Shown here piece after piece: positions 40,703-52,549 of a stretch of DNA of 64,000 nt. The stretch's first letter is position 1. Every line of letters starts with the position of its first letter. The notes under the pieces were generated by a model. The model worked only from the letters and a program-made list of their open reading frames with translations, was not told the DNA's origin and ran no database searches. This DNA comes from Vitrella brassicaformis CCMP3155 (lineage: Eukaryota > Protista > Chromerida). The DNA lies in contig CDMY01000964.1 in NCBI GenBank assembly GCA_001179505.1, forward strand, positions 124,001-188,000. Reading direction: 5' to 3'. A program made the translations under genes and the position numbers.

Positions 40703-43089
40703 TTAACGTGGCGGCTGTTGAGTCTTGGGCGACCCGTCCGGCCGCAGGGCGGGGCACTCGTTGACGAACTCCCTCTCATACAACCTGCATAGGATACATA
40801 ATGCACACACACACATCCACACACACACATTCGTATTTCGCTGGCATTGCACCCCGTGCTTACCTAGTCGCGAAGTTCTCCTTCCCTCTGTGCCACGTGC
40901 CAATCCACCACAGCTTCAGCGGGGTCAGAAACCGCCTGACAGTCACACGACGCACACGCACACAGTGCGATAGCCGACAAAACGCCTCTCGCCCATCTTA
41001 TTTACCCTCCGGCGACCATCCACGCGGCGTTGATCTTGGAGAGGGCGTACAAGTTGTTCGTCCGAGTGTGCCGCAGTCGCTCGAACTTCTTGAGGGCCCT
41101 CTCGATGCGGGCACCGGCATCGCTGCTGTCGCTCCTATCGCTGGCGGTTGCCGGCTGCTGCATGGCCTCGGCAAGCACATTTGCCAGCACATAGGAGGAC
41201 TCCAGAGCCATGTTGCAGCCCTGAACATGCAAACAGCAGAACAGAGAATGGCCGCATGGATGGATGGACGGAAGACCGCGTGTGTAGTACGGCTCTGTGG
41301 CTGGCCAGCCTCACCTGTCCGGCGGTCGGCGGCATGGCGTGGACGGCGTCGCCCGTTAGCACCACTCGGTCGCGGAACCATGTGGGGACCGGCTCACGGT
41401 GGTAGATGCCTAAATGGTAGTGGCGAATGGACCTCGACACCAGTGCTGAGATGAACTCAGGCCATCTGGGTGCATCAGCAGAAGGAAGAGAGTACGTGCG
41501 TTGCGTGCGTGGGGGAATGGTATGCAGTCAGGTCAGATTAAGTGTGTTACTCTTTGTCGACGTTTTCTTTGAAGGCCTCCACCGCCGGCTTGTCATCGGT
41601 CCAGTCCTCCGGCCTCTCGCGGCCTGACAGACACGAAAGGAAAGGAGGGCGAATGAATGGACGTGCCAGAATGAATGAACAAGCGCAATATGTCAGTCAA
41701 AGTGCCTGCCTGCCTTACCAGACTGGATGAGTGTCCACACACGCATCCTTGCGCCTTCTGCACCAGCAGGGTGGCACAGGAACCACTTCTTGGAACCTAG
41801 CAAGCGAATAGAGAAGGATGCAAGCCGGTGGGATGGATGGTCTGTCTTTTCTTTCTCCTCTGCTCTGACGTACCGACAAGCTCCATGAGCTCGTCCTGCT
41901 CGAACGTGGGGTGGTCGTTGAGCTCCGGCTCTGGGCAGACGCCGCACCAGTACTCCATCTCTGAGAAGGTGGGCGGCTTCTCATCGCGCACCACAGCGTC
42001 ACGCACCCTCGAACGAATCCCTGCAGACACACAGGCCTGCACTGCACCCACTCGTTGTACTCGCTGCCCCACCCCTCCAGCGTACCGTACCGTCAGCGCC
42101 AATAATGAGGTCTGCACTTTCAACACAAGTGTCGCCTGAAATGAGGGAGGGATCCATGCATCGCATCAATCATGGTGTCAGACGGCGGACATGCACTCAC
42201 CAGCTAGCTAGCTGCGTACCGTTCTCATCGACGATCTGCACTGAAGGCGTGGGTTTGGTGCTCTCGACCTTCTCGACGGTGACACCCCTCCTGATGCACT
42301 CGGGAGGCACTAGCGCCTCCAGCCTCGCGAGAAGGTCCGCCCGCAACACACCCCCTGGATGGGCACAGACACAGAAAGAAATGATTGATTGGACATCCTT
42401 GTAGGGTGGTCTCCCTCCCGCTCAGCTCACCGGGCACAAGGCCGGTCTTCTCCCTAAAATAGTCGTCCCTGCACAGCACAAGTGAAGCAGACAGCCACAC
42501 CACACCACACCACACCACACCAGACCACACCTACGGCCCATTGGTGGACGGACGGCTACGGGCTGTTCTTCTCTATGTACCACTGAGTGGTTCCGAGAGG
42601 CCGCCCGTCGCTCCTCATGAAGGTGAGCTTGTTAACTGGCGCAATGACCTCCTGGAAGGTGCTCAGCACGCCCCACTCACGCAGCACCGCCTGACCGTTG
42701 ATCCCCAGCTGAATACCTGCACCGGCTGTCGAGTAATACTGCACCCACACGCACGCACACAGCACCCAGGCAGACAGGCAGGCAGGCAAAGTGCGTCCAT
42801 CGTTTGTTTGTCTATGTGGGTGCATGCCATGCGTGGCTGACTTTGAGAGCCCGCTCCAGCACTGTGACCTCAAAGCCCTTCTGGGTTAGCGCACAGGCCA
42901 GGCTGAGCCCAGAGATGCCCCCGCCGCAAACCAACACCTGTTGTGTTGGCCAGTCAGTGTGTTATCACATCAGATCAGGCCAGATGAAGACACCGGCGAA
43001 CCAACCAACATGATTCGTGATGAGTGAATGAAATGAATGCGGTGCTTTCCTCCTCTCTGCCTACCAGCCTGCCCTACCTTCAGTGTCAT
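40703..43089 (-). CDS. Class A FAD-dependent monooxygenase (salicylate hydroxylase / zeaxanthin epoxidase-like fold)
   Basis: MTLK|VLVCGGGISGLSLA (GxGxxG), AGAGIQLGING, VGADG..IRSRVR (DG motif), VVLTGDAVHAMPPTAGQ|GCNMALES (GD motif). Confidence 0.9.
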
Positions 43090-43307
43090 TGTCGTGCGGC
43101 GTTTGTTCTTTTCTTCACCGGATGAGCCGCAGCTTCCGAGACTCTCCACACATGCTGCCACAAAACCAGCGTGCCCGTTATCCAACGAACGAATGAACCT
43201 CCCCTCTTTCCACCTCTAAGCTCGCAGACGGATCGCACGCCAGGAGGAGAATATAGGGAGGCAGGCAAGCCAGAAGGCCAGCAGCAGCAGTGTTCTGGCG
43301 AGATCTG

Positions 43308-43801
43308 ATGTCCGGCTCCACTGCCAAGAGGAATCCGAGCGACTTCCTGAAGCAGGTGCTGGGGAGGCCGGTGGTAGTCAAGCTCAACAACGGCACTGAC
43401 TACAGGGGTCAGTGGAGTGGACACATGCCAGACAGCACGACACACAACGCACCAACGCATTCGTTCGTTCAGGCATCTCATCTCGTGTGTGTGTGTGTGT
43501 GTGGTTTTGTCTGTCTGTCAGGTACGCTTGCGTGTTTGGATGGCTACATGAACATTGCCATGGAGCAGACGGAGGAGTACGTGGACGGCAAACTCAAAGC
43601 CAAGTACGGCGACGCATTCCTCAGGGGCAACAACGGTACGGTACGGGGCGCACCGCACGTGTGGTGGGCGAGGCGATGGTGGGGTGGACCGACCATGGCT
43701 TGGCTGGCCTGGCAGAAGAAACCATCTCATCTGTGTGTGTGTGTGTGTGTGTGTGTGCGTCAGTTTTATACATCTGCGCGCAGAAGACCGTCAAGAAATG
43801 A
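43308..43801 (+). CDS. LSM6: U6 snRNA-associated Sm-like protein LSm6 (3 exons)
   Basis: PSDFLKQVLGRPVVVKLNNGTDYRG|TLACLDGYMNIAMEQTEEYVDGKLKAKYGDAFLRGNN|VLYICAQK. Confidence 0.97.
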
Positions 43802-44163
43802 CGACTGACTCGCTCGCTGCTTGTGCTGCTAATACTAGACCCTCCCTCCCTCCGTTGTACATGCCTCTCTCTCTGTGTGACGGACGAGACCCCTGTGTGT
43901 GACTCTATACCTACAATGTAATTTAGATGCCCGCATTATATTCCATCCTGCTTGCCACTGCTCGGCAGCACATATTCATAGTCGTTACGCTGCGCTGCGA
44001 TCGATTGCGCGTGCCCCCCCATCCACTGACTCACTCACCCGGCCACCAACCGCAAGGCAAGAAAGGCTCACTTCCAGCCAGCCACCAGTCGACTCACCAC
44101 AAACCACACACAAATCCAATATATCCCAAATAGGTCCTGCCCTCGCCCGCCCCTTGTATGTAT

Positions 44164-44436
44164 CTACTTCGCCTTGACAAGTGCGGGAAACTCCTCTGGC
44201 TGAGTGTCCTCCTCGAAGACTTCGCTGAACTTCTCCACGACCACCTTGCAGGCCTGGCACTCCTTGTGGATGGTGGCGTCGTAGTACCTGCCGGGGAAGT
44301 CGTTGAAGTCGTCTCCGAAGGGGTCAGACAGCTCTTGCGATATCGCCAAGATGCCCTGAGTAAGATAGAGAGAGACAGATAAGCAGACAGCCGACGGAGG
44401 GAGGGAGGGAGGGAGGAGCATTACGTCAAGTGATTG

Positions 44437-44476
<40 letters not shown>

Positions 44477-46264
44477 TGGCTGTGTCTCTGTTTCGTCAGG
44501 TACGTTGTAGACGAAAGGGATAACGAACACCACACCCAGGTTGATCACCATCAACACCCAGTGCTGCACACACACATACACACATGTGACAAAGAGGGTT
44601 CACACCACACCGGCCGCCTCAATTGTTCTTTCCTCTGCTGCAGGGAACCAACCTTCTGGTGTGCATGTTAAGGGTGATCTTGAAGCCGAAAGCGATGGCG
44701 ATGAGGATGTTGTTGATCTTGACAATGGTCGATATCATGTGCACATAGGCCAGGGGCAGCGGGCAAGTGATGGCCCTCAATATCACGGCGGCCCCGTCGC
44801 GCCCCCGGGCTGCCGTGGCGTAGAGCGTGTTGACGATGGGCGGCCCGGGCAGTTTCTTCTGCTGGTCGAAATGGGCGATGATGGCAGTCACCCACGCCCA
44901 GATGCAGCACGGCACACGATACTCCACCTCTTCACGCAGGATGTCTTACGATGCACAGAGAGAGATGGGTACAGAGGAACACGGTGCAGCGCATTCTTAC
45001 CGTGTTCCTTTGCCGTTAGGAGTCTGCGATCGACGAGGTCGTCGAATCTCCCTTCGCTGCGGGACGAGAAGATGCACGCGAGCGATGCGCGGCCGTAGCG
45101 GACCACACTGCACACACCAAGAGAGCCAGAGAGAGAGATAGAGGTTGGATGTATTTGTGGTGCGCCTGTGAGTCAGCGACTTGTGTATGAGTCTTTTGTC
45201 CTGTTCCGCCACGCCCCCGCCGTAGCTCTTGACATATGTGTTGAGTAGGAAGCTCAGCTGACACGTGGCACCCCATATCTGCCCAATGCCCTCGGTCCGG
45301 ATGTTCCACCTACACAACACAAACCACAGAGGCGGCCGACTGAATGAATGCGGCAAAGCGATTCGATTCACCATCTGCTGATGTTAAAGTTGGTGAAAAG
45401 TCCCACGATGAAAGCTGTGAGCCCAGTCCATGATGTGTGTGTTCACGACGGACTCACCATCCATTGAAAATGGTGGACACATAACATACCGCTCATGGTG
45501 CAGAGGAACGTGGCGACGGACTTGACGGCGTTGGACTTGTCCTCCAGCCCCTCGTTCTTGTCGCCAGCCACAGACAGGTACATCGTCACCACGAAGAACA
45601 CTATGGCGTAGTACAAAGCAGCCTCTATCCTAAACACACACACCAAAGACACCAACACAGACAGCATCATGATGCACACAGACACACAGACAGACAGACA
45701 CCCACATACACACACACTCATCATTGCATTGCAATGCGTAGGCTCGCGGCGAGAGAGAAGGCCTCCCCCCTCCCCCCTCCCTGCCCCTACCCCTACCCCA
45801 CCCACAGCACACCGCACGCACACATTGCAGACACACTGGGGTACCAGATGTGTGGCGAGGTGAGTGCGGTGCCAGTGAATCAGAAGATGCCCCAGAATGA
45901 GGTGAGCTCCCCCAGCTCGTAGGGCCGGAACTCCTTCTCCTCGTCCGCACCCACATACGTCTCCTCCTCTTCCATCGGCTCAACACCGGGGGGCAGACCT
46001 GCAGGCACCAGATACATCCATCCCATCAAGCAATGCTTCCTCATTATATGCAGGGGTGCTGTTGTGTTAATTGTTGCACTGCACACCTGGAGGGGCAGCG
46101 GGAGGGGCCGTGTCACCGCCCTCCGTTGCAGTGGGTGGCTGCCCGGCTGCTGCAGCAGCGGCTGCTGCAGCAGCGGCTGCTGCAGCAGCGGCTGCTGCTG
46201 GGGGCTGCTGGGCTTGCTGCTCACCGCCTTGCAGTAGGGGCTTGTTCTCTTCGGGGGCCGACAT
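44164..46264 (-). CDS. Bestrophin-family anion channel with poly-Ala N-terminus
   Basis: FNISRW|WNIR (RWW motif), VVRYGRAS, CPLPLAYVHMISTIV, ISQELSDPFGDDFNDFP (cf. bestrophin NPFGEDDDDF). Confidence 0.8.
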
Positions 46265-46398
46265 TTCGGAGAGAAGGGAGGGAAGGGAAAAATGCCCCCG
46301 ATTCGGACGCTTTTGGGGCCAGCTCAACGGCCAGGTTCAATGAACAACAAACCGACCAAGCCAACCAAGGTCATACTATACATCGTCCGTCCGTCATA

Positions 46399-49300
46399 TT
46401 ATATCCATTTCTCATCGGGCCTGCCCGGGTCGCCGCTGACATGAATCCGATACATGCAGTAGTAGATGAACACACACATGCCCAGCATGTAACCCAGGCC
46501 GATGTACTCGCTCCGCTGCCGAATCGCAAACTCGCGGTACTGCACCGGCAGCAGCACGCCGTCCTTGCCGTCGATCGACGAGGGGTTGTACGGTCGCTCT
46601 GTGTTGATGATCTCGTCCAGCTCGGAGCCACTCGTCAGTAACAAGGCGCCCTCGGGAGCACGCTGCACACAGAACAGACACAGAGAGAGAGCGGGGGATT
46701 TGCGTGTGTGGGTGTCTGTCTGTGTAGGTGTGTGTGGGGGAGGAGGGAGGGGGTTGGGTAGGTACCTGGTTGCGTGTCAGCAGGGGTGTGGTGCCGTGTA
46801 TGAGCAGGCTCCTGACGGAGATCTCTTTCTGCTCCTTGTCCAACACGTCTCTGTAGCTCTTGTCGAGGAACTGGATCATGTCTTTGATGCGCAGAAACTT
46901 GGACGCAGTCTTGCCCCTCTCTATCCCCCTGCACCAGACACACACATGGAGAGAGACAGAATGCCCGGCGGCGTAAGATGGCCGACCCGACGCACCTCCG
47001 GATTTCTTCGTTCTTGGTTTGGAAGTAGTCCTTGTCAGTGACGATTCTCCTGGGGATGCGCAGGTCCTCGACCACCTTCTCCACAACCCCCTCCCGCCCC
47101 TTGCTGCGGAAACTGATGTAGATCCGCTCACGCGCCCACAGATCCTTCAAGATCGTGTTGGCCGTCTCCTACACACACACACAGACACACAATCGCATTT
47201 CCCTCCAGAGACCAACCGTGTGTGGACGTGTGTGGATGGGTTGGTGTGTGGGTGAGCTACTCGCCATGGCGTCGGGGATGTTGCTGGCAATAACCCCCTT
47301 GGGGCCGCGCTTCAGCCACCCCGCCACATAGAGGCCCCCGATAATCTGACGGAAGAAAAGAGAGAGAGAGAGAGAGAGAGGGAAGGTGTACGTGCGCACA
47401 CACGCGTCCACCCACACCCACACCCACACGCACCTGAAAAGGTGACTGGTAGGCGAGCTCAACTCGCCCCTCATGATGGCACACGCTGCCGTCCTCCTCT
47501 GACAGTATCAGCCCCGGCACCGCGTCGTGCTTGAAGCCCACCGACTTGATGATAAGGTTGCTCTGGACATACTCAGGCTCGGCGTCGGGGCCATCCAATG
47601 GCACGGCACGCTGCCGGCCTGGCTCTCCCTGAACACAGGACGCATCACACACACACACACACACAAACGAATGCATGAATGGATGGATAGATTTCTGTGA
47701 GCCCGTGGTGTGTCGTGGTTGTGGGCGGTGTGGCTGAGCTGACTTCTAGCCGGTTTCGCCTGAGTTCGATGCCATCGGCGCGCCATGGCTCTGCGGCGTG
47801 TGGGGTGATCCTTACGGGCGAGGTAAGAAACCGCAGCTGGATGATCTTTTTGTCGGTGATCTCGCGACGGTCCCACTGCACACACGCAGAGCAGATGAAT
47901 AAGATAAATGAATGCATCTATGCAGCCATATGCCTTGTCTGTCCAGACAGCCGCGGCGAAGTGGAGTGGGTACGTTCGTTACGTTTTTCATCATGGTTTC
48001 GATGATGGGCATCATGCGCTGTTTGCCCCTGTTGCCCTCCATCTCCTTCTTTGACGCGTCGTTCATGTTCGCCTCGTACTCCTGCACCCACTCATCCATC
48101 CATCCATCCATGTGTGGCAACCCACCCAACCAGGGCAGGGCACACTCATGGTGCCTGCCGTGCTTTGCTGACCGCTGGATCAACAATGGGCAGAACACCG
48201 TCAAGCTGAGTCAGCTGCACACACAACACACACAGACAGGAAGGAGGGCCTCTCTTGACCCCGGAGCAAGGTACTGGTAGTGTTGTGTACTCCCGCCCGC
48301 AGCGCACGGACACATCACATACCTCTCTGAGCTCCTTGTTGGTCCACGCGGCCTGCACCACGCCCCGCCTGCCAACGACGTGCACCCACCGGATGGCACT
48401 CTGGCGCAAAGCGCTCTCGGCCAAGTCGCTGATGTCCGTCTTTTCCAACTCCTACCGCACACACATACACACGGATGGATGGATGGATGTCGATGTGCTG
48501 TGGTGTGTGCACACACCGAGATTTTCCTGGTGAGGACGCGGGCGCAGTCGAGAGCCACGTTGCCGTGCCTGCACACACATGGATGGAGTGGATGGATGGA
48601 TGGTATGTGCACGCCACGCCCATCATGACTGACTTACCCGATGACGACGGCCTCTTCGCTCGAGGTGAGGTCAGGCTGCACTGAGAAGGCCTCGGGGTGA
48701 CCGTTGTACCAAAACACGAACCGACGGGCGGACAAGACGCCTGACATAAGATAGATAAGGGAGGGCAGCACAGCACAGCACATGTGTGTGTGACGGCACG
48801 GGCCTGTCTGTCTGTGTGTATGTATGTGTCTGTTCCTGACCTTCCAGATCCTCGCCGTCCAGGCCGAGCATTTTGTCCTCTGCCAGACAGACAGACAGAC
48901 AGACAGAAAGCACACACATGGGACACACCAGAGAACCCATGCGTACAGGTGAGGCTCTCTCTCTGTGTGTCTGCTGTGCTCGTCCGCTTTGCGTACTTTG
49001 GCAGCCGTAAGCGAGCACGACGACGTGGTACCACTCCCTCAGCTGGTTGATGCCCACCTCCTTTTGCTGCACTCATCCACCCATCCATCCATTCACCGCA
49101 CCAAACCAAGCACACACACATACAGACGGCATTACGCATCAACGCGCGTGTCCAAATGTGTGCCCGTCCATTTCCGTGTTCCGCGGACCAATTCAATGTT
49201 GCCAAAATACCGCACACGCGGATTGTTCATCACCTGGCGGAAGGATGCACACACACACACACAGACACACAGACACACAGACACTGATTGCCTGGCTGGC

Positions 49301-49944
49301 TGGCCGGCATACACACCCACCTCTTCGAAGTCGTTCATGACGTTTTTGACCTCTGGGTGGTCTGGCGCCACGCCATACCTCACCAAACCGCCAGGCATCG
49401 GCAGCTTCTCGATGATGTCAATCTAGAACACAGACACACAGACAGACAGACGCAGATCTGTTTGGTGGCTAGCCGGCTGGGCTCATCGTCCTCCTTCACT
49501 CACTGACTCACTCACTGACCTGCATCATTTCCTCCTTCTTGAGCAGGTACTTGGCCGTGTAGAACCCCGCCGGCCTGCAGACAATGCCAAACAAACAAAC
49601 ATGACCGGAACGAATCAATCAATCAATCAGCCAAATGAATGAGGCTCTCTCTGTCTGGGTAGGTGTAGGTGTGTGTGTTTCTCTTCTCTCTCTCACCCAG
49701 CGCCGACGATGCAGACATTGTAGTCGTCCCACCTAAAGCTGCCCTCCCGCACCTCATCCTCCCACGGCAACACCGTCTGGCGCGGCTGCGGCTCGGACGG
49801 CGGCTGATGCTTCTCCTGGAAGTGCTGCAGCTGGGAGAACCGCCGCACACGAGAGATGAATGGCCGGGGAGGAGGGACGGGCGGCGCAGATGGAAGGCTG
49901 CACAGTGGCAGGACGGGCCTCGCGCGTGTCACCGAACGCCACAT
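46399..49944 (-). CDS. FDXR: Mitochondrial adrenodoxin/ferredoxin-NADP+ reductase with presequence and C-terminal hydrophobic extension
   Basis: VCIVGAG|[51 protein letters not shown]|[47 protein letters not shown]. Confidence 0.94.
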
Positions 49945-50148
49945 TGCTTCTGCGAATCACGCGAAAGCAGCAGCGGTTTCAGGGAGCACCGAAAGGTTTG
50001 CAAGCTCAAACTCTGAGCTAAGCTCGCAGATACAGGAAGGGGAAAATGCAGCGGGGCGGCTAATGTGAGGCGCGTACGCCCTGCCGGAAGACGGTGATTC
50101 ATTTCCAGTCACTCCCGATGAGAGATCAGCAAAACAGCTGTTTGTGAG

Positions 50149-50718
50149 ATGAGGGCGGCGTTCCTGCTGGTGGGTGCCCTATGGGGCGTCACGTCACCCT
50201 TCCTGCGGTGCAATGATGCACACGACACCAGCCCGCAAGAAGACAACATTCTCAAGAGCACGATGAGGCTGCTCACAAACACAAAGGTGGGATAGTCGTA
50301 CGTAACGTGTATCTGTATGTGTGTCTGTGTTTGTCTGTTCATTCAGTTCATCGTGCCATATCTGCTGAACCAGGTGGGCAGTGTGCTCTACTACTTCCTA
50401 CTGAGAGACTACGGTCAGCACCACAGACAGAATCCCAACACTGGTGTGTGCCATGCATTCACACTTGTGTGCGTGTGTGTGCAGAGTTGTCCGTGGCTGT
50501 GCCGCTGGCCAACAGTCTTTCCTTTCTGTTCACGTGCATCACTGAGGTCTGCCTTGACACACAGCTCGTGCAGACATTCACTGACCCAGGTAGGTCCGCA
50601 GAGCACAGAGCAGAGCAGAGCAGCCACTCATGTGCGTGTTGTACTGCTTGTATGTTCAGTCGGTCTTGTTGGCGCATTGTTGATCGTCACGGGAGCTGCC
50701 GTGTGTCTGCAAACCTGA
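50149..50718 (+). CDS. TMEM234: TMEM234 (EamA/DMT-like small membrane protein)
   Basis: LLVGALWGVTSPFLR, FIVPYLLNQVGSVLYY.LL, ELSVAVPLANSLSFLFT, GALLIVTGAAVC*. The upstream ATG at 50118 opens only a short out-of-frame uORF. Confidence 0.88.
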
Positions 50719-50769
50719 CGGCCGCCGGCTTAGCTGCGCTGACTGATTGGATTGGTGCCGATCTATGGC

Positions 50770-51809
50770 GTATTCGCTGCCCGTGGAGCTGTGGCGTGTG
50801 CGTGTCGTGGCATGCCTCCCCCTGCCCGATGCGGCACTCTCCGCAGCACCTCTTGGGCCCTCGGCACATCCATCGTCAATGTAGCTCTGCTGCTGGAGCG
50901 CATCGACGCCCTCCTCGCCCGCCAGCTCACCGGTGTCATCGGTGTCGACCGCACTTATGCACCCCTCCCGCCCACCAGCCTTCTCGCCTTGGGGGTGCGT
51001 TTGGCGACCTCCTTGTTGCGGTGCTACGTTTGTACAGTCACTTTGCGCGTCGACTGAGGCTCTTACTGCCGCCGCCTCTGAGCGGCTTCAGCTACTTGAT
51101 GCGGGCGGCGTATGTGCTGGAGCAGGGCAGCAACGAGTGGCGGGCGACGGGGTGGTTCATCCGCTTGGCTGTCGTCTGTCGGCTGACACCTGCCACCGGG
51201 CTGCCTCTGGTGCTGTCGGCTGATTTGGTATGCCCATCTGCAGAGCAAGGCGGCCTTTCACTGATTGCCTTTCGCCATGGCCATCTACAGCCTATTCGGT
51301 CACCTACTGAGCTACCTGGGGGCCAGCCTTAGCCTCGCCGTGCGGCAAGGCGGCAGCGGGGCTTGCCGGGTCGGAAAGAGTGACTGGTTTTTGTGCTTCC
51401 GTTAGGTCATCTCATCGTCATTCCTGCTGACCATAGTGTGTGCCAGGTGGTCGGGTGAAGTGCCGCAGAAAAGACCGGTGCTGGAAGCATCCATCGGCCG
51501 TGACGACAGCCGTCACCGCTCTCTGCTGACGGCCGAGGACATTCGGGAGAATGATCGTGGCATCGTTGTGACTATCGAGGTGACTATCGTGATGTGATTC
51601 TGAGTGGCTACCGGCCCAACGAGACGATTGCCGCCGGTTTGCGTGTGGGGGAAGGCTTCATGTCGCTGCTCACGACCGAGCCACCTGCCGCTGATCGGTC
51701 CCAGCCGCTCGCCGTCCGCTTTCCGGTGTCAATGCCCCTGTGGCGGCGTGTGCTGCGGCCATTCAAGCTGGAGAGCGATGTCATTGAGAGGGGAGAGGTG
51801 CTGCGGTGA
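50770..51809 (+). pseudogene. Decayed intronless coding sequence, probably a member of a lineage-specific multicopy family
   Basis: Protein-like segments in successive frames, broken by stops or shifts near 51055, 51330 and 51590: LLERIDALLARQLTGVIG / YLMRAAYVLEQGSNEWRATGWFIRLA / VILSGYRPNETIAA..TTEPPAADRSQPLAVRFPVSM. No microsatellite introns. Family membership is from recollection, not a search. Confidence 0.5.
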
Positions 51810-52549
51810 GTGGTGGTTGCCGATAGTAGCTGGCTTCGCGTCTGAGAGAGAGCATCTGCTCAATCGGACTCGTTTGCGATGTGTGAGAGAGACTGCGTTA
51901 TATGTTTCATTGCTCAACGCTTCGCTAAGTACGGCTTGCTGGCTTGGGGGCAATGTATTACATTGGACAGTACGTCGTCCAGACCAGAGGCACATATCGA
52001 AACTCGTTGCTTCGTATGCATCACGTGATGCACATGCCGTCTGAATATAAAATGTAGTCAGCGATGACTGACTGTTGATACCATGCATCTTCTCAGTGTC
52101 TGTGCTCGGAGTGTTGAGGACATACTCGAAACCTTGAAGCCCCTTGACCCGACACGAACGCAGCAGCAGCAACACCAGCGGCCAGCAGCAGTGCGCTGGT
52201 GTTGTTGCGGTCGCTGCATTGGTGTGTGTCGCTCCAGTCGTGAGAGGCAGCTTGGACAGGCACAACAGGACGACACGAAGCAAAGCGAGAGCAGAGAGTG
52301 GAGAGGGCGGGAGAGAAGTGGAAAAGGTGCATGAATGGCACTGGACGTCCTGGTCTTTCGAAGAACACTGCATCCGTGAATTCAAGCAGACAGAGACCCC
52401 AAACACAACACACAGACACACGTCCGCCATGCGAGATTCCTACACGCACACAGCAAAAAAGAAACACAAAGAGAGACGCATGGCAGACAGGAAGGCCCAT
52501 GCATTTCCACACTCACCTGCTTGTCGTGCGTGTATGTGGGGTGGCGGGT

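Noticed and set aside
40998-41004. TAA at 41002 as the end of the monooxygenase
   Set aside because: It lies within a GTAAAT donor; two further in-phase exons extend the protein to the stop at 40703.
46144-46200. 15-nt tandem repeat (cggctgctgcagcag)x3 with internal palindromes, CRISPR-like at a glance
   Set aside because: No spacers; it simply encodes the poly-Ala tract of the bestrophin N-terminus.
52017-52032. Perfect 16-bp palindrome TGCATCACGTGATGCA containing a G-box
   Set aside because: Single occurrence, not near a supported gene start, no flanking element structure.
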